DNA of 64,000 nt, taken from an uncultured Bacilli bacterium. GTDB taxonomy: Bacteria > Bacillota_I > Bacilli_A > RF39 > UBA660. Shown here piece after piece: positions 1 through 10,273 of the stretch (the first letter of the stretch is position 1; the number at the start of each line of letters is the position of its first letter). The notes under the pieces were generated by a model that saw only the letters and a program-made list of their open reading frames with translations, made no database searches and was not told the origin of the DNA. Position numbers and translations under genes: made by a program. The stretch spans positions 3,899 through 67,898 of the forward strand of contig CAKPCJ010000002.1 in NCBI GenBank assembly GCA_934141575.1, in the 5' to 3' direction.

Positions 1-71
1 ACAATGTAAATCCCTTATTCTCCATAATATCACCTAACTTAATTATATCAAAGCAAAAAAACATAATCAAT

Positions 72-98
72 AAAAAAACTAAGTAAAATTTTACTTAG
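72..98 (-). terminator. Rho-independent terminator downstream of rny
   Basis: Perfect 10-bp-stem palindrome ctaagtaaaa/ttttacttag at 79..98 overlaps the rny stop. On the minus strand it is followed by a T-run (the plus-strand A-run at 72..78). Confidence 0.4.
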
Positions 99-1656
99 CT
101 TCTTCCATAGCCCTAGTTTCCCTTATAACAGTTACTTTAACTGTACCAGGATACTGCATTTCCTGTTCAATTTTTGTTTTTATTTCTCTAGCCAATTTAT
201 GTGTTTTTATTTCATCAACTTCATCTGGCTTTACCAAAATTCTAAGTTCACGACCTGCCTGCATAGCAAATGATTTGTCTATTCCATCAAAACTATTAGC
301 AATATCTTCCAATTGTTGTAAACGTTTTATGTAATTTTCTAAAGAGTCATTTCTAGCACCTGGTCTAGAAGCAGATAATATATCGGCAATTTCAACCAAA
401 CTAGCTATAATAGATGTAGGTTCTGTATCACCATGATGAGACGCTATCGAATTAATAACGACTTCATCTTCTTTATATTTTTTAGCAATATCAACGCCTA
501 TTTCCACATGGCTACCTTCCATTTCAAAATCAACTGCTTTACCTATATCATGTAATAATCCAGCACGTTTTGCTAAAGCGACATTTTCACCAATTTCACT
601 AGCCATTATTCCTGCTAAATGTGCAACCTCCATTGAATGTTGTAATGCATTTTGACCATAACTTGTTCTAAAATAAAGCTTTCCAACTATTTCTACTAGT
701 TCAGAATCCATCTTCGTAATTCCAAGTTCATACAAAGCAGATTCACCATATTCCCTTATTTGATTATTTACATCTTTTAATGTTTTATCATAAAGTTCTT
801 CAATTCTAGAAGGATGTATTCTTCCATCTTTAATTAAAGTTTCTACTGTAATTCTAGCTATCTCTCTTCTTAAAGGATCGAAACTAGATAGTACAATTGC
901 TTCTGGTGTATCATCTATTATTAAATCAACACCAGTGACAGCCTCAATAGTCCTAATATTTCTGCCTTCCCTACCAATCAATCTACCTTTCATTTCATCG
1001 TTAGGTAAATTTACAACAGTTACTGCAGTTTCATTTGTAACATCATTAGCGTATTTCTGCATACTAGAAACTAATAAAGATTTTGCTTTCTTATCAGCCT
1101 CTAATTTTGCTTTATTCTCACTTTCTTTAATAAATGATTCTAACTCATAAGAAATTTCATCCTCTGTCTTCTTAAACAACATTTCCTTTGCTTCTTCTGT
1201 AGAAATATGAGAAATATTTTCTAATAGTTCAACTTCTTTTCTTTTCATCTCTCCAATTTTATCTTGTTCTTCTTGGATTTCAATTTGTCTTTCTGACAAT
1301 TTTTTTTCTTTTTCATCTAATAAAGCTTCGCGATTAGATAAATTAATATCACGTCTGTCAATATTATTTTCACGTTGAATAAGTCTTTCTTCAGTATCTT
1401 TTAATTCAAGTTTTTTTTCTTTAAATTCATCTTCACACTGTAATCTATATTTAGTAGCCTCTTCTTTTGCCTCAGCAAGCATATCTTTTTTTATTTTTTC
1501 TGCTTCGCTCGTAGCATTACTTATCATATCTTGTAATTTCTTAATTAGAGACTTCTCCCTTATATGATTAAAAATTATTATAGATAAAATTCCACATACA
1601 AATCCAATCACAACTAACAAAACAGAGAATAATATATCTTCCATATATACCTCCAT
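91..1656 (-). CDS. rny: Ribonuclease Y
   Basis: 521 aa. N-terminal TM helix, long coiled coil, KH domain ([10 protein letters not shown]) and HD domain ([13 protein letters not shown]...LLHDIGK), the canonical RNase Y architecture. It lies downstream of recA, as in Bacilli. Confidence 0.9.
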   Translation of the reverse strand: MEVYMEDILFSVLLVVIGFVCGILSIIIFNHIREKSLIKKLQDMISNATSEAEKIKKDMLAEAKEEATKYRLQCEDEFKEKKLELKDTEERLIQRENNIDRRDINLSNREALLDEKEKKLSERQIEIQEEQDKIGEMKRKEVELLENISHISTEEAKEMLFKKTEDEISYELESFIKESENKAKLEADKKAKSLLVSSMQKYANDVTNETAVTVVNLPNDEMKGRLIGREGRNIRTIEAVTGVDLIIDDTPEAIVLSSFDPLRREIARITVETLIKDGRIHPSRIEELYDKTLKDVNNQIREYGESALYELGITKMDSELVEIVGKLYFRTSYGQNALQHSMEVAHLAGIMASEIGENVALAKRAGLLHDIGKAVDFEMEGSHVEIGVDIAKKYKEDEVVINSIASHHGDTEPTSIIASLVEIADILSASRPGARNDSLENYIKRLQQLEDIANSFDGIDKSFAMQAGRELRILVKPDEVDEIKTHKLAREIKTKIEQEMQYPGTVKVTVIRETRAMEEAK

Positions 1657-1772
1657 TTAATCAATTATCATGGTTATATCACTATACCCATACAATTCTA
1701 TTGTATAGTTCATAAGAAAATAAGTCAAGGAAAAAATAGTAATTAAAAAATTGCAAAATAAATTGCAATTAT

Positions 1773-2804
1773 CTATTCTTCAACTTTTTCTTTTTTATTA
1801 TCAACCTTTTTAGAAGTTAATCCATAATACTCTCTAACCTTTGCTTCTAATTCATTTTTCAATTTAGTATCTGACTTAAGTAATGCTTTCACATTTTCTT
1901 TACCTTGTCCTAATTTTTCACCATTGTATGAATACCATGCACCTGTTTTATCTATTATTGATGCATTAGCAGCTAAGTCAATTATTTCACTTTCCTTACT
2001 TATTCCCTCACCATAAACTATTTCAACTTCAGCCAATTTAAACGGAGGTGCTACTTTATTTTTAACAACTTTAACATTTGTTTTATTTCCAATTACCTCA
2101 GTACCATTTTTAATTTGTTCGCTTCTTCTAATATCCAATCTTACACTGGCATAATATTTCAATGCTTTTCCACCTGGAGTAGTTTCCGGATTACCAAACA
2201 TAACTCCAACTTTTTCCCTCAACTGATTTATAAATATAACAATTGTATTAGTTTTATTAATAATACCAGATAATTTTCTCAAAGCTTGACTCATTAATCT
2301 AGCTTGTAAACCAACATGGGAATCTCCCATTTCACCTTCAATTTCAGCTTGTGGAACTAAGGCAGCAACTGAATCTATAACAACAATACTAATTGCATTA
2401 CTTCTAACTAAAGCTTCACATATTTCAAGTGCTTGCTCACCAGTATCTGGTTGAGATAAAAGTAAATCATTAAGATTTACGCCCAAGTTTTTAGCATAAA
2501 TTGGGTCAAGTGCATGCTCAGCATCTATAAATGCTGCCTTACCACCAAGTTTTTGAACTTCTGCAATGGCATGTAAGGCAAATGTTGTCTTACCACTTGA
2601 TTCTGGACCATATATTTCAACAATTCTTCCTTTAGGATATCCACCGACTCCCAAAGCAACATCTAACATTAGAGAGCCTGAAGGAACAGTCTCTATTTCA
2701 ACATGAGAATTATCACCTAATTTCATAATTGAACCTTTACCAAATTGCTTTTCTATATTTTGTAGTACTTGTTCTAAAGTTGTATCATTTTCTTTTGACT
2801 TCAT
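1773..2804 (-). CDS. recA: Recombinase RecA
   Basis: 343 aa. Walker [10 protein letters not shown] and the RecA signature regions ([14 protein letters not shown] and others); full length. Confidence 0.95.
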   Translation of the reverse strand: MKSKENDTTLEQVLQNIEKQFGKGSIMKLGDNSHVEIETVPSGSLMLDVALGVGGYPKGRIVEIYGPESSGKTTFALHAIAEVQKLGGKAAFIDAEHALDPIYAKNLGVNLNDLLLSQPDTGEQALEICEALVRSNAISIVVIDSVAALVPQAEIEGEMGDSHVGLQARLMSQALRKLSGIINKTNTIVIFINQLREKVGVMFGNPETTPGGKALKYYASVRLDIRRSEQIKNGTEVIGNKTNVKVVKNKVAPPFKLAEVEIVYGEGISKESEIIDLAANASIIDKTGAWYSYNGEKLGQGKENVKALLKSDTKLKNELEAKVREYYGLTSKKVDNKKEKVEE

Positions 2805-2872
2805 ATTTCTTCATCCTTCCTTAACACTAAACCAATTATAAACAACCATTATAAAAAAGTCAATAGTTTTTG

Positions 2873-2886
2873 CAAACAAATGTTTG
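2873..2886. promoter_or_regulatory. Putative LexA/DinR (Cheo-box-like) operator upstream of recA
   Basis: Palindromic arms CAAAC-N4-GTTTG sit about 55 nt upstream of the recA start. The site resembles the Firmicute SOS box GAAC-N4-GTTC, with A replacing G at the outer position. Confidence 0.3.
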
Positions 2887-2938
2887 TTAAAATCTGCATA
2901 TTTATTTTTACAAATATAAAAAAAGAACATAACAGATT

Positions 2939-3577
2939 TTAATCATTTATAACTTCTGCCTGTTCTTTTTTAGAAAATATAATTTTTTTATTCAATGAAT
3001 AATATTTTCCCATTGAATATATTGACAAAACCGTAGCAATTATAATTATAAAGTTCGAAATACTTAATCCAAATAATTCAAAAGGTAAATTTTTGAAAAA
3101 TGTAAATGAAAGACCAACCATCATAAAAGCTGATTTGATTTTTCCACTTATACCAGCCGCTATAACCTTTCCCCTGCTAGCAGCCATCATTCTTATCGCA
3201 TCTACTATTGTATCCCTTGCTATTACGACAACCGCAATAAACGGGCTCACCATCCCATTCGCTGCAAATATAACAAGTACTGAATTAACTAATATTTTAT
3301 CAGCAATGGCATCTAAAAACTTGCCTAAATCAGTAACTAAATGTCTTTTCCTAGCAATTCTTCCATCTACAAAATCCGATAAACAAGCGATTATAAATAG
3401 AACACCAGCTATTATATAACGTAAATCCAATTGAACATTCTTTATTAAATATACCGGAAAGTCTATTCCAACAAAATGGAACGGAAAAGTAAGTAATAAA
3501 ATAATAACAATTGCTATTATTATCCTAGTCAAGCTTATTTTATTAGGCAAGTTCAATATACTCAGCCTCCTTTTCAA
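2939..3577 (-). CDS. pgsA: CDP-diacylglycerol--glycerol-3-phosphate 3-phosphatidyltransferase
   Basis: 212 aa multi-TM protein with the CDP-alcohol phosphatidyltransferase motif DFVDGRIAR...DAIADK. It sits in the pgsA-recA neighbourhood as in Bacilli. Confidence 0.85.
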   Translation of the reverse strand: MKRRLSILNLPNKISLTRIIIAIVIILLLTFPFHFVGIDFPVYLIKNVQLDLRYIIAGVLFIIACLSDFVDGRIARKRHLVTDLGKFLDAIADKILVNSVLVIFAANGMVSPFIAVVVIARDTIVDAIRMMAASRGKVIAAGISGKIKSAFMMVGLSFTFFKNLPFELFGLSISNFIIIIATVLSIYSMGKYYSLNKKIIFSKKEQAEVIND

Positions 3578-4046
3578 AGATATTCATTGAAATTGAATCT
3601 TTAGCATTGTTTTTAACATTTAATTGTTGAACCAAAAAATATATTATGAACAATACCAATATTCCAATAACTAAACAAATCGAAACCATCAAAATAGAAC
3701 TTTTTTTAGTTTTATTAACCTTAGTATATGGAGACACTACCTCATTTTTTCTGTCTTTTTCAGCAACTTTAATTGCCTCTTCTATTTTATCCATAGGGAT
3801 TTTAGAAGTATAATCAAATAAAAATTCATTAAATTCATCTATTATTTCAACTGAATCCAATCCCAAATATTTTGAATATTCTTTTATAAAGTTCTTTAAA
3901 TAAAAAACATCCTTAAAGGATTTGAAATCACCATTTTCTATTTCTTGAAGTTGACTCGGTCTTATTTTAAGGTCCTCAGAAGCTTCTTCAATACTAATAC
4001 CTATTTTTTCTCTAGCTTCTTTTAGGGTTTCACCTATAATTTTCAT
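3543..4046 (-). CDS. XRE-family HTH membrane protein, RodZ/YmfM-like
   Basis: N-terminal HTH (LKEAREKIGISIEEASEDLKIRPSQLQEIENG) and a single TM helix near the C-terminus. It is immediately upstream of pgsA, as ymfM is in B. subtilis. Confidence 0.6.
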   Translation of the reverse strand: MKIIGETLKEAREKIGISIEEASEDLKIRPSQLQEIENGDFKSFKDVFYLKNFIKEYSKYLGLDSVEIIDEFNEFLFDYTSKIPMDKIEEAIKVAEKDRKNEVVSPYTKVNKTKKSSILMVSICLVIGILVLFIIYFLVQQLNVKNNAKDSISMNIFEKEAEYIELA

Positions 4047-4077
4047 AAATCACCTCTAATAAATATATAAAAAATAA

Positions 4078-4426
4078 TATCTTATAAGCCATGTTCTGTA
4101 CCTATAAAGGCGGTAAACATTTATCTATCAATATTGATCTCGTACTCGATTCTTGTTCTCTAATACAAGTTCCCCTACCAATTTTGGGTTTCTCACTCGC
4201 GGGGTTTACCTCGTTCCACTTTTAGAGTTTCCTCCAAACATCGTCACTATGGCACTTTTACATCTCATAAACCATAGACAAATCCTTAGGTTTACAAAAA
4301 GCCGTTAATAATAAATTATTACTCTAGGTTATTTTTTCCCTAGACGCGAACACTACCATCATCACAGACAGTGTGAGCATGGACTTTCCTCTACACATAA
4401 AATGTGCAGCGTTTACCCAGATATTA
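4078..4426 (-). ncRNA. rnpB: RNase P RNA, type B (Firmicute type)
   Basis: The reverse complement carries the universal P4 element GAGGAAAGUCCAUGCUC near the 5' end. It also contains a long block, GUGGAACGAGGUAAACCCCGCGAGUGAGAAACCCAAAAUUGGUAGGGGAAC, almost identical to B. subtilis rnpB. It ends with ...ACAUGGCUUAUAAG like B. subtilis, and lies downstream of gpsB as in B. subtilis. Confidence 0.9.
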
Positions 4427-4427
4427 T

Positions 4428-4760
4428 TTAATCTTCTTGTCCAAAAACAATTTTTTCCAAATGAGATAATCTTCTTAAAATATCTACATTAGTAACCTCT
4501 TTATCACTGCCTTTAACAGCTTCCAATCCTGCTTTTAGATTCCTAATTTGTTTTTTAAGCTCAATTATTTCATTCTGTGCTTCTTGATTTTCCATATATA
4601 ATTCTTTATTGGTTTTTGCAATTTCTTTAATAGATGCTATTATTTCATCCAAATAGCCATCTACTTCTTTCATGTCGTAACCTCTAGTAACTACTGGAAA
4701 TTCATGTTCATACATTTCCTGAATCAAATCAGAAATTTTACCTAAATCCATACGAATCAC
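4428..4760 (-). CDS. gpsB: Cell-cycle protein GpsB (DivIVA-domain)
   Basis: 110 aa with an N-terminal DivIVA domain (FPVVTRGYDMKEVDGYLDEI) and the GpsB C-terminal motif ILRRLSHLEKIVFG. Position is conserved: gpsB-rnpB, with recU-ponA divergent. Confidence 0.8.
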   Translation of the reverse strand: MIRMDLGKISDLIQEMYEHEFPVVTRGYDMKEVDGYLDEIIASIKEIAKTNKELYMENQEAQNEIIELKKQIRNLKAGLEAVKGSDKEVTNVDILRRLSHLEKIVFGQED

Positions 4761-4765
4761 CTCTT

Positions 4766-4776
4766 ATATTATACAA
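4766..4776 (-). promoter_or_regulatory. Putative extended -10 promoter element for gpsB
   Basis: Minus strand reads TGTATAAT (TGnTATAAT) about 20 nt upstream of the RBS AGAGGTGA and the ATG. The -35 element is poor. Confidence 0.3.
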
Positions 4777-5180
4777 CATATTTTCTCAAAAAAACAAGTG
4801 CTTGTCAAATAAAATATTATAGTAAAAAAGGATTGCTAAATTTATAGCAATCCTTACCTCTTTAACGTTTTTTTATTTTTTCTTTATTATATTTATTTTC
4901 AAGTACCTTATATTAACTATATCTTAGATTCATCCACACTAGAAGGTAATACAACAAAAGCCTTTAACTTAACATATCTTACATCATTTATCATCTTTGT
5001 AAACACATTATTTAAATAAATATCTTCAGTCATAATTTCACCCAAAATCATACTAGCACATATCATACATAGCTTTTATGTTTTCGACAAAACTAGCTAA
5101 AACATTCACAATACAAAAAAAAACAAATAATGCGCCAAATGCTATTTATATTTTAACAAATTTTTAGTATAATTATCTAG

Positions 5181-5744
5181 GTGAGTATATTGGGAATTAA
5201 AATGTTTAATTACAAAAGTTTTGGTAATAGAGGTATGGATTTAGAAGGCGATATTAACCTTTCAAATGAATTTTACCTAAAAAATGATATAGCAATAATA
5301 TATAAAAAGCCTACTCCTATACAAGTAACAAAAGTTGAATATCCATCAAGAAGCAACACTATAATTAAAGAAGCATTTTATAAATCGCCATCAACTACAG
5401 ATTACAACGGAGTATACAAAGGAAAATACATAGATTTTGAAGCAAAAGAAACAAACAATAAAACATCATTTCCATTAGGTAATATACATATTCACCAAAT
5501 AAATCATATATCTAACGTAATAAGACATGGTGGAATTGCATTTCTTATTATAAGGTTCAATACTTTAAATGAAATATACTTAATAAAAGGCTCTGATTTT
5601 ATAGAATACATAAAAAATAACAATAGAAAATCTGTTGAATATGAGTACATAAAAGTGAAGGGATACTTAATTAAAGAAAAATATAATCCTAGAATAGACT
5701 ACATAAAAATTGTAGATAAAATTATTGAGGAGGAATCATTATAA
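5181..5744 (+). CDS. recU: Holliday junction resolvase RecU
   Basis: 187 aa. It is directly upstream of, and translationally coupled to, the class A PBP (ATAATGG overlap), the conserved recU-ponA operon. Length and basic N-terminus fit RecU. Confidence 0.8.
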   Translation: MSILGIKMFNYKSFGNRGMDLEGDINLSNEFYLKNDIAIIYKKPTPIQVTKVEYPSRSNTIIKEAFYKSPSTTDYNGVYKGKYIDFEAKETNNKTSFPLGNIHIHQINHISNVIRHGGIAFLIIRFNTLNEIYLIKGSDFIEYIKNNNRKSVEYEYIKVKGYLIKEKYNPRIDYIKIVDKIIEEESL

Positions 5745-8719
5745 TGGCTAGTATTAAGAATAAAATTGATTCTATATTAAAAAAAATAAAAGATAAAAAG
5801 GACAATAGATTAGAAATGAAAAAAAATAAAGCTAAAGCTAAACAAGAAAAAAAACCAAACAGCGAAATAAAATTAAATAAAAAAGGGAAACCAAAAACGC
5901 CTAAAAAACAAATAGCGTTAATAATATTTGATATAATACTCTTTATATGTGTTATATGTGGAATTGGTGGAATTATATTTGCATGTTGGTTTGCAAATTA
6001 CATAGTTAAACATGCACCTGCCCTAGATAAAGACAAATTATTATATAGTGAATCTTCATTGATATACGACTCACAAGGTAATTTGCTTGAAGAATTAGGA
6101 AATGAAAAACGTGATCTAGTTGAATATGACGATTTACCACAAGTTCTAATAGATGCGATTATAGCAACAGAAGATTCAGAATATTTTCAACATAATGGAA
6201 TTAACGTAGCAAGATTTGCAAAGGCATCATTTTGGCAAGTATTAGGCAAAAATGGTGGTGGTGCATCAACAATATCAATGCAAGTTATAAAAAACAACTT
6301 CACAAGTTCAAATTCTAAAGGTTGGGAAGGAATCGTACGTAAATTTACAGATATATATCTTGCAGTATTCAAACTTGAAAAAGAATATACTAAAGAACAA
6401 ATAATGGAATTTTATGTAAACAAACCATTTTTAGGAAGTAACTCATATGGAATGCAGCAAGCTGCAAAAACATATTTTGGAAAAGATGTTAGTGATTTAT
6501 CATTACCAGAAGCTGCTCTATTAGCCGGATTATTCAAAGCACCTGGTTCATATGATCCATATTCTAAACCAGAATCAGCAACAAAACGTAGAGACACAGT
6601 TTTATATCTAATGGTAAGACATGGTTATATTACTCAAGAAGAAGCTGATGCAGCAAAAGCTGTAACAGTTCAATCAATGCTCGTTGGAAAAGATACATCT
6701 GTAAACAAATACTCTGCATTTATTGATACTGCTATTGATGAAGTTATCAAAAAAACAGGACTTGATCCTAGAGATGTACCAATGACTATATACACAACAA
6801 TGATTCCTTCTAAACAAAATCACATAAATTATATTGTAGATGGCGGTGGATATAACTTCCCTGATGAATATGCCCAAACTGGTATTGCAGTAGTCGATGT
6901 TAATACCGGGGCAATAGTAGCTATTGGAGCAGGAAGACATAGAAAAGAAGGAGACTATAACTTCGCAACCCAATCCAAAAGACAAATTGGTTCTAATGCT
7001 AAGCCACTATTTGATTATGGTCCAGCAGTTGAATTTAATAAATGGTCTACTTACCAACCTATACTTGATGAATCATATAGCTACAGTAATGGTAAAAGCA
7101 TCAAAAATGATGATGGTGGATATAAAGGATTACTTACACTAAAACAAGCATTAGGTTTATCAAGAAACATCCCTGCATTAAAAACATTCCAAAGTGTTGA
7201 AAATAGTAATATATATAAATTTGTAACAAGCTTAGGTATAACACCAGAAACAAGTGGTAACTCAACTAGCGTACACGAAGCACACGCAATTGGAGCATTT
7301 ACTGGTAGTAACCCACTTCAATTAGCAGCAGCTTATGCAGCATTTGCAAATGGTGGTTATTACATCGAACCTTATTCAGTAACTAAAATAGTATATAGAG
7401 ATACAAATGAAACTGTTGAATACTCTCCTAAAAAAACTAAAGTAATGGAAGACTATACTGCATTCATGGTAACAAATATGCTTAAATGGTCTACAGAATA
7501 TGGTATGAGTCATCAAGCATCATATATAAGCGGAATTGACATTGCCGCTAAAACTGGTACTACTAACTTTGATGAAGCTACAATAAAAAGATTAAATCTT
7601 AAGAACTCACTTAACGATTTATGGGTAACAGGATATTCTCCAGATTATGCAGTAAGTATGTGGTATGGATATAACGAAGTAACAAGTGAGCACTATAACA
7701 CTACTAAAAACTGGTCAACAAGAAATACATTGTACAAAGCTATAATAAAAGGTATATTTGAAAATAATGGTCATCGTTTCCAAACACCAAACAGCGTAAG
7801 TCTAGTAAGTGTAGAATCTGGCACTGTACCAGCAATGTTACCTAGTGAATACACACCAGGCGATATGATTGTTCAAGAATATTTCATAAAAGGCACAGAG
7901 CCAACTGAAGTTTCACCAAGATTTAAGAAACTTAATAGTGTAACAAATCTAAACGCAAAAATAGAAAATAGAGAAATTAAATTAACATGGGATTACAACC
8001 TACCTGAACAACTTACTGAAAGTTACTTAAGAAGTTACTATAATAACGAGGTATTTAAAGGCTTTGAAGAAAAATACTATAATAAAAGAATTGAAGAAGA
8101 TTCTTGGAAAATAGGAAAAGTAGTATTTAACGTATATTTAAAAGATTCTAGTGGTAACCTAACATTCTTAAAACAAACATCAGATAAAAATTATACTTAT
8201 AAAGTATCTAAAAACACTGCTGATTTAGAATTTGTAGTTAAAACAACTTATACAATACTAACAAACAACGTAAGTGACCCAACTTCAATAAAAATATCTA
8301 CATCAGAAATAGATATTCCAGTATTAACGCTTAGTCTTTCAACAAACAAAGAAACAAATGTTTACGTAGGTAGTAATTACACTTTACCTTCAAAAGCTCC
8401 AGTAATAGTTTTAGACAGTTTAACAGATGTAACAAAAGATTCAAATATAAAAACATCAATAAAAAAAGATGGCACCGACTATAATAGCACTACTCTTGAC
8501 ACAACTACTCCTTGTAAATACACAATAACTTACACAGTTACATACAAAGGTGTTAGCGATTCAATCACGCAAACTATAAAAGTAATAACTAAACCATCAA
8601 ACAGTGGACAATCTAGTAGTTCTTCTAGCTCTTCTAGTAGTAATTCATCATCTAGTAATATCTCATCAAGTTCTACATCTAGTAACAGTTCTAATCCGAA
8701 CATTTCTAGTTCAAATTAA
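5744..8719 (+). CDS. ponA: Class A penicillin-binding protein 1A (transglycosylase/transpeptidase) with C-terminal Ig-like repeats and poly-Ser tail
   Basis: N-terminal TM helix; GT51 motifs (EDSEYFQHNGIN, GASTISMQV); transpeptidase motifs SNAK, SRN and KTGTT; then about 350 aa of beta-rich repeats and a 40-aa Ser-rich tail. Confidence 0.9.
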   Translation: MASIKNKIDSILKKIKDKKDNRLEMKKNKAKAKQEKKPNSEIKLNKKGKPKTPKKQIALIIFDIILFICVICGIGGIIFACWFANYIVKHAPALDKDKLLYSESSLIYDSQGNLLEELGNEKRDLVEYDDLPQVLIDAIIATEDSEYFQHNGINVARFAKASFWQVLGKNGGGASTISMQVIKNNFTSSNSKGWEGIVRKFTDIYLAVFKLEKEYTKEQIMEFYVNKPFLGSNSYGMQQAAKTYFGKDVSDLSLPEAALLAGLFKAPGSYDPYSKPESATKRRDTVLYLMVRHGYITQEEADAAKAVTVQSMLVGKDTSVNKYSAFIDTAIDEVIKKTGLDPRDVPMTIYTTMIPSKQNHINYIVDGGGYNFPDEYAQTGIAVVDVNTGAIVAIGAGRHRKEGDYNFATQSKRQIGSNAKPLFDYGPAVEFNKWSTYQPILDESYSYSNGKSIKNDDGGYKGLLTLKQALGLSRNIPALKTFQSVENSNIYKFVTSLGITPETSGNSTSVHEAHAIGAFTGSNPLQLAAAYAAFANGGYYIEPYSVTKIVYRDTNETVEYSPKKTKVMEDYTAFMVTNMLKWSTEYGMSHQASYISGIDIAAKTGTTNFDEATIKRLNLKNSLNDLWVTGYSPDYAVSMWYGYNEVTSEHYNTTKNWSTRNTLYKAIIKGIFENNGHRFQTPNSVSLVSVESGTVPAMLPSEYTPGDMIVQEYFIKGTEPTEVSPRFKKLNSVTNLNAKIENREIKLTWDYNLPEQLTESYLRSYYNNEVFKGFEEKYYNKRIEEDSWKIGKVVFNVYLKDSSGNLTFLKQTSDKNYTYKVSKNTADLEFVVKTTYTILTNNVSDPTSIKISTSEIDIPVLTLSLSTNKETNVYVGSNYTLPSKAPVIVLDSLTDVTKDSNIKTSIKKDGTDYNSTTLDTTTPCKYTITYTVTYKGVSDSITQTIKVITKPSNSGQSSSSSSSSSSNSSSSNISSSSTSSNSSNPNISSSN
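8597..8716 (+). repeat. Low-complexity Ser-codon repeat encoding the poly-Ser tail of PBP1A
   Basis: Reiterated agt/tct/agc triplets (agtagttcttctagctcttctagtagtaat...) encode SSSSSSSSSSNSSSSNISSSSTSSNSS. Confidence 0.6.
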
Positions 8720-8753
8720 AAGACAATTCATTAAAAAGAATTGTCTTTTTTAT
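8720..8753. terminator. Bidirectional Rho-independent terminator between ponA and holA
   Basis: Hairpin aagacaattc-attaaaaa-gaattgtctt followed by TTTTTT on the plus strand and preceded by an A-run. It lies between convergent ponA and holA. Confidence 0.5.
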
Positions 8754-9685
8754 AAATTCAACAAGTATTGTTCAAATCCTATAAATTTATCAATATCCCC
8801 TGTTTTTATAGATATATCTAAATCAGCTAAAATACTAAGTTGCCTCAATAAATCTTTATCACTAAGGGATTTTGCTTTATTTCTTGCAAATTTTATTCTC
8901 CCTATTTTATATATATTTAATATACTCATTATATCTTTTTCCAAATATCCCATTTTTAAAAGAGTTCTAACTTGATATATAGTCCTAAATTCTTGTGATA
9001 ACATCACAATGATTTGTATAGGCTCAAGTCCCATTTTTATAGATTCTTCATAAATTGAAAACATCTTTTTTTTATCATTATTTATAATACTATCTATGAA
9101 ACTAAAGATATTATCATCAATATTTTCACTAACTAAATCATCTATTATATTTATTGTCAAATCTTCTTCTATCAAACATAATTTATTAATTTCATTTTCT
9201 AATATATCTATATTATAATTAATTCTAGATAAAAAATGGCGTATCAATTCATCAGCTATTAGCTTATTGTTATCACTAAAAAGTCTTTTAGCCCATTTAA
9301 ATATTTGATCTTCATTCATTTCTGTACATTCTATAACTTCAGCAGTATTACTCAATAATGTATTTACTTTTTTCCTACTATCTAGTTTTTCTATATTAAC
9401 AAGCAATACCAAAATAGTTGTTCTAACAGGATTATTCAAATACTCAATTAATTTGTCAATATTATGCTCAATTTTTGATTTAGATGAACCCAAAAATGTG
9501 CAATTATCGCAAACTATATATTTATATTCATCAAACATTGGAAGCTCACGTGCAAAATCCAAAACTTCTTGAATAGAAATACTTTCCAAATCATAATATT
9601 CGCTATCATTATCAGCCAATATTTTTTTTAAATTATAATCAATTAAAAATTTATTTGTTCCATACAGTAAATATATATTTTTCAT
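8750..9685 (-). CDS. holA: DNA polymerase III delta subunit
   Basis: 311 aa; N-terminal MKNIYLLYGTNKFL and overall length and pattern fit HolA/YqeN. Confidence 0.7.
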   Translation of the reverse strand: MKNIYLLYGTNKFLIDYNLKKILADNDSEYYDLESISIQEVLDFARELPMFDEYKYIVCDNCTFLGSSKSKIEHNIDKLIEYLNNPVRTTILVLLVNIEKLDSRKKVNTLLSNTAEVIECTEMNEDQIFKWAKRLFSDNNKLIADELIRHFLSRINYNIDILENEINKLCLIEEDLTINIIDDLVSENIDDNIFSFIDSIINNDKKKMFSIYEESIKMGLEPIQIIVMLSQEFRTIYQVRTLLKMGYLEKDIMSILNIYKIGRIKFARNKAKSLSDKDLLRQLSILADLDISIKTGDIDKFIGFEQYLLNL

Positions 9686-9769
9686 TTATGTACACCACTT
9701 TCAAATTATATTATAATATAAATTTTACATAAATAAAATATAAATATCCATAATAATACTGGTGATTTT

Positions 9770-10273
9770 ATGTATTATATAAATACATTTATAATATATT
9801 CTTTATTAGGTCATTTTTTAGAAATAACTGCACAATCACTCTATTTAAAAAATCCAAATAGTGGAATTCTATTTGGACCTTGGACACCAGTCTATGGTAT
9901 AGGTTGCATAATAATACTCTTAACTTATAAAACCATACTAAAAAAAATGAAGACAAATAAAATACTTGAAATTTTAGTAGCATTTATAGTAGTATCAATA
10001 CTATTATCATTAATTGAATTTTTAGGTGGAATACTAATAGAAAAAATCTTTGGTATAGTATTTTGGGATTATAGTAATCAAAAATTTAATATTGGTAAAT
10101 ACATATCATTAGAAATGACATTATTATGGGGAATAGCAAGCTTACTATTCTACTACATTATAAATCCAATCATATATAAACTTATAATAAAAATTCCAAA
10201 ATTTGTAACCTATTTACTATTTATATTATTTCTCACAGACTTAATATGTACAATTATCTCTAAAATATATTAA
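9770..10273 (+). CDS. Small polytopic membrane protein (PF06541 'putative ABC-transporter type IV'-like family)
   Basis: 167 aa with about 4 TM helices, a Trp/Gly-rich loop and a GPWTPVYG motif. It is convergent with the ABC exporter pair; the stop abuts the ABC stop. Confidence 0.45.
   Translation: MYYINTFIIYSLLGHFLEITAQSLYLKNPNSGILFGPWTPVYGIGCIIILLTYKTILKKMKTNKILEILVAFIVVSILLSLIEFLGGILIEKIFGIVFWDYSNQKFNIGKYISLEMTLLWGIASLLFYYIINPIIYKLIIKIPKFVTYLLFILFLTDLICTIISKIY

Noticed and set aside
935-1150. 71-aa plus-strand ORF inside rny; similar short antisense ORFs at 6187..6985, 22893..23236, 24117..25042, 34253..34459 and 35414..35674
   Set aside because: All are embedded antisense in long, well-supported genes (rny, ponA, polA, ftsW, def). 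They have no ribosome-binding sites or conserved motifs.
1751-1772. ttgcaaaataaattgcaa element between recA and rny
   Set aside because: It is a direct repeat (TTGCAA...TTGCAA), not a dyad. It is most simply explained as overlapping -35-like hexamers in the rny promoter region. No evidence of a specific operator.
3093-3419. 108-aa plus-strand ORF inside pgsA
   Set aside because: Antisense to a well-supported membrane enzyme gene. Its hydrophobic composition mirrors TM codons read backwards.
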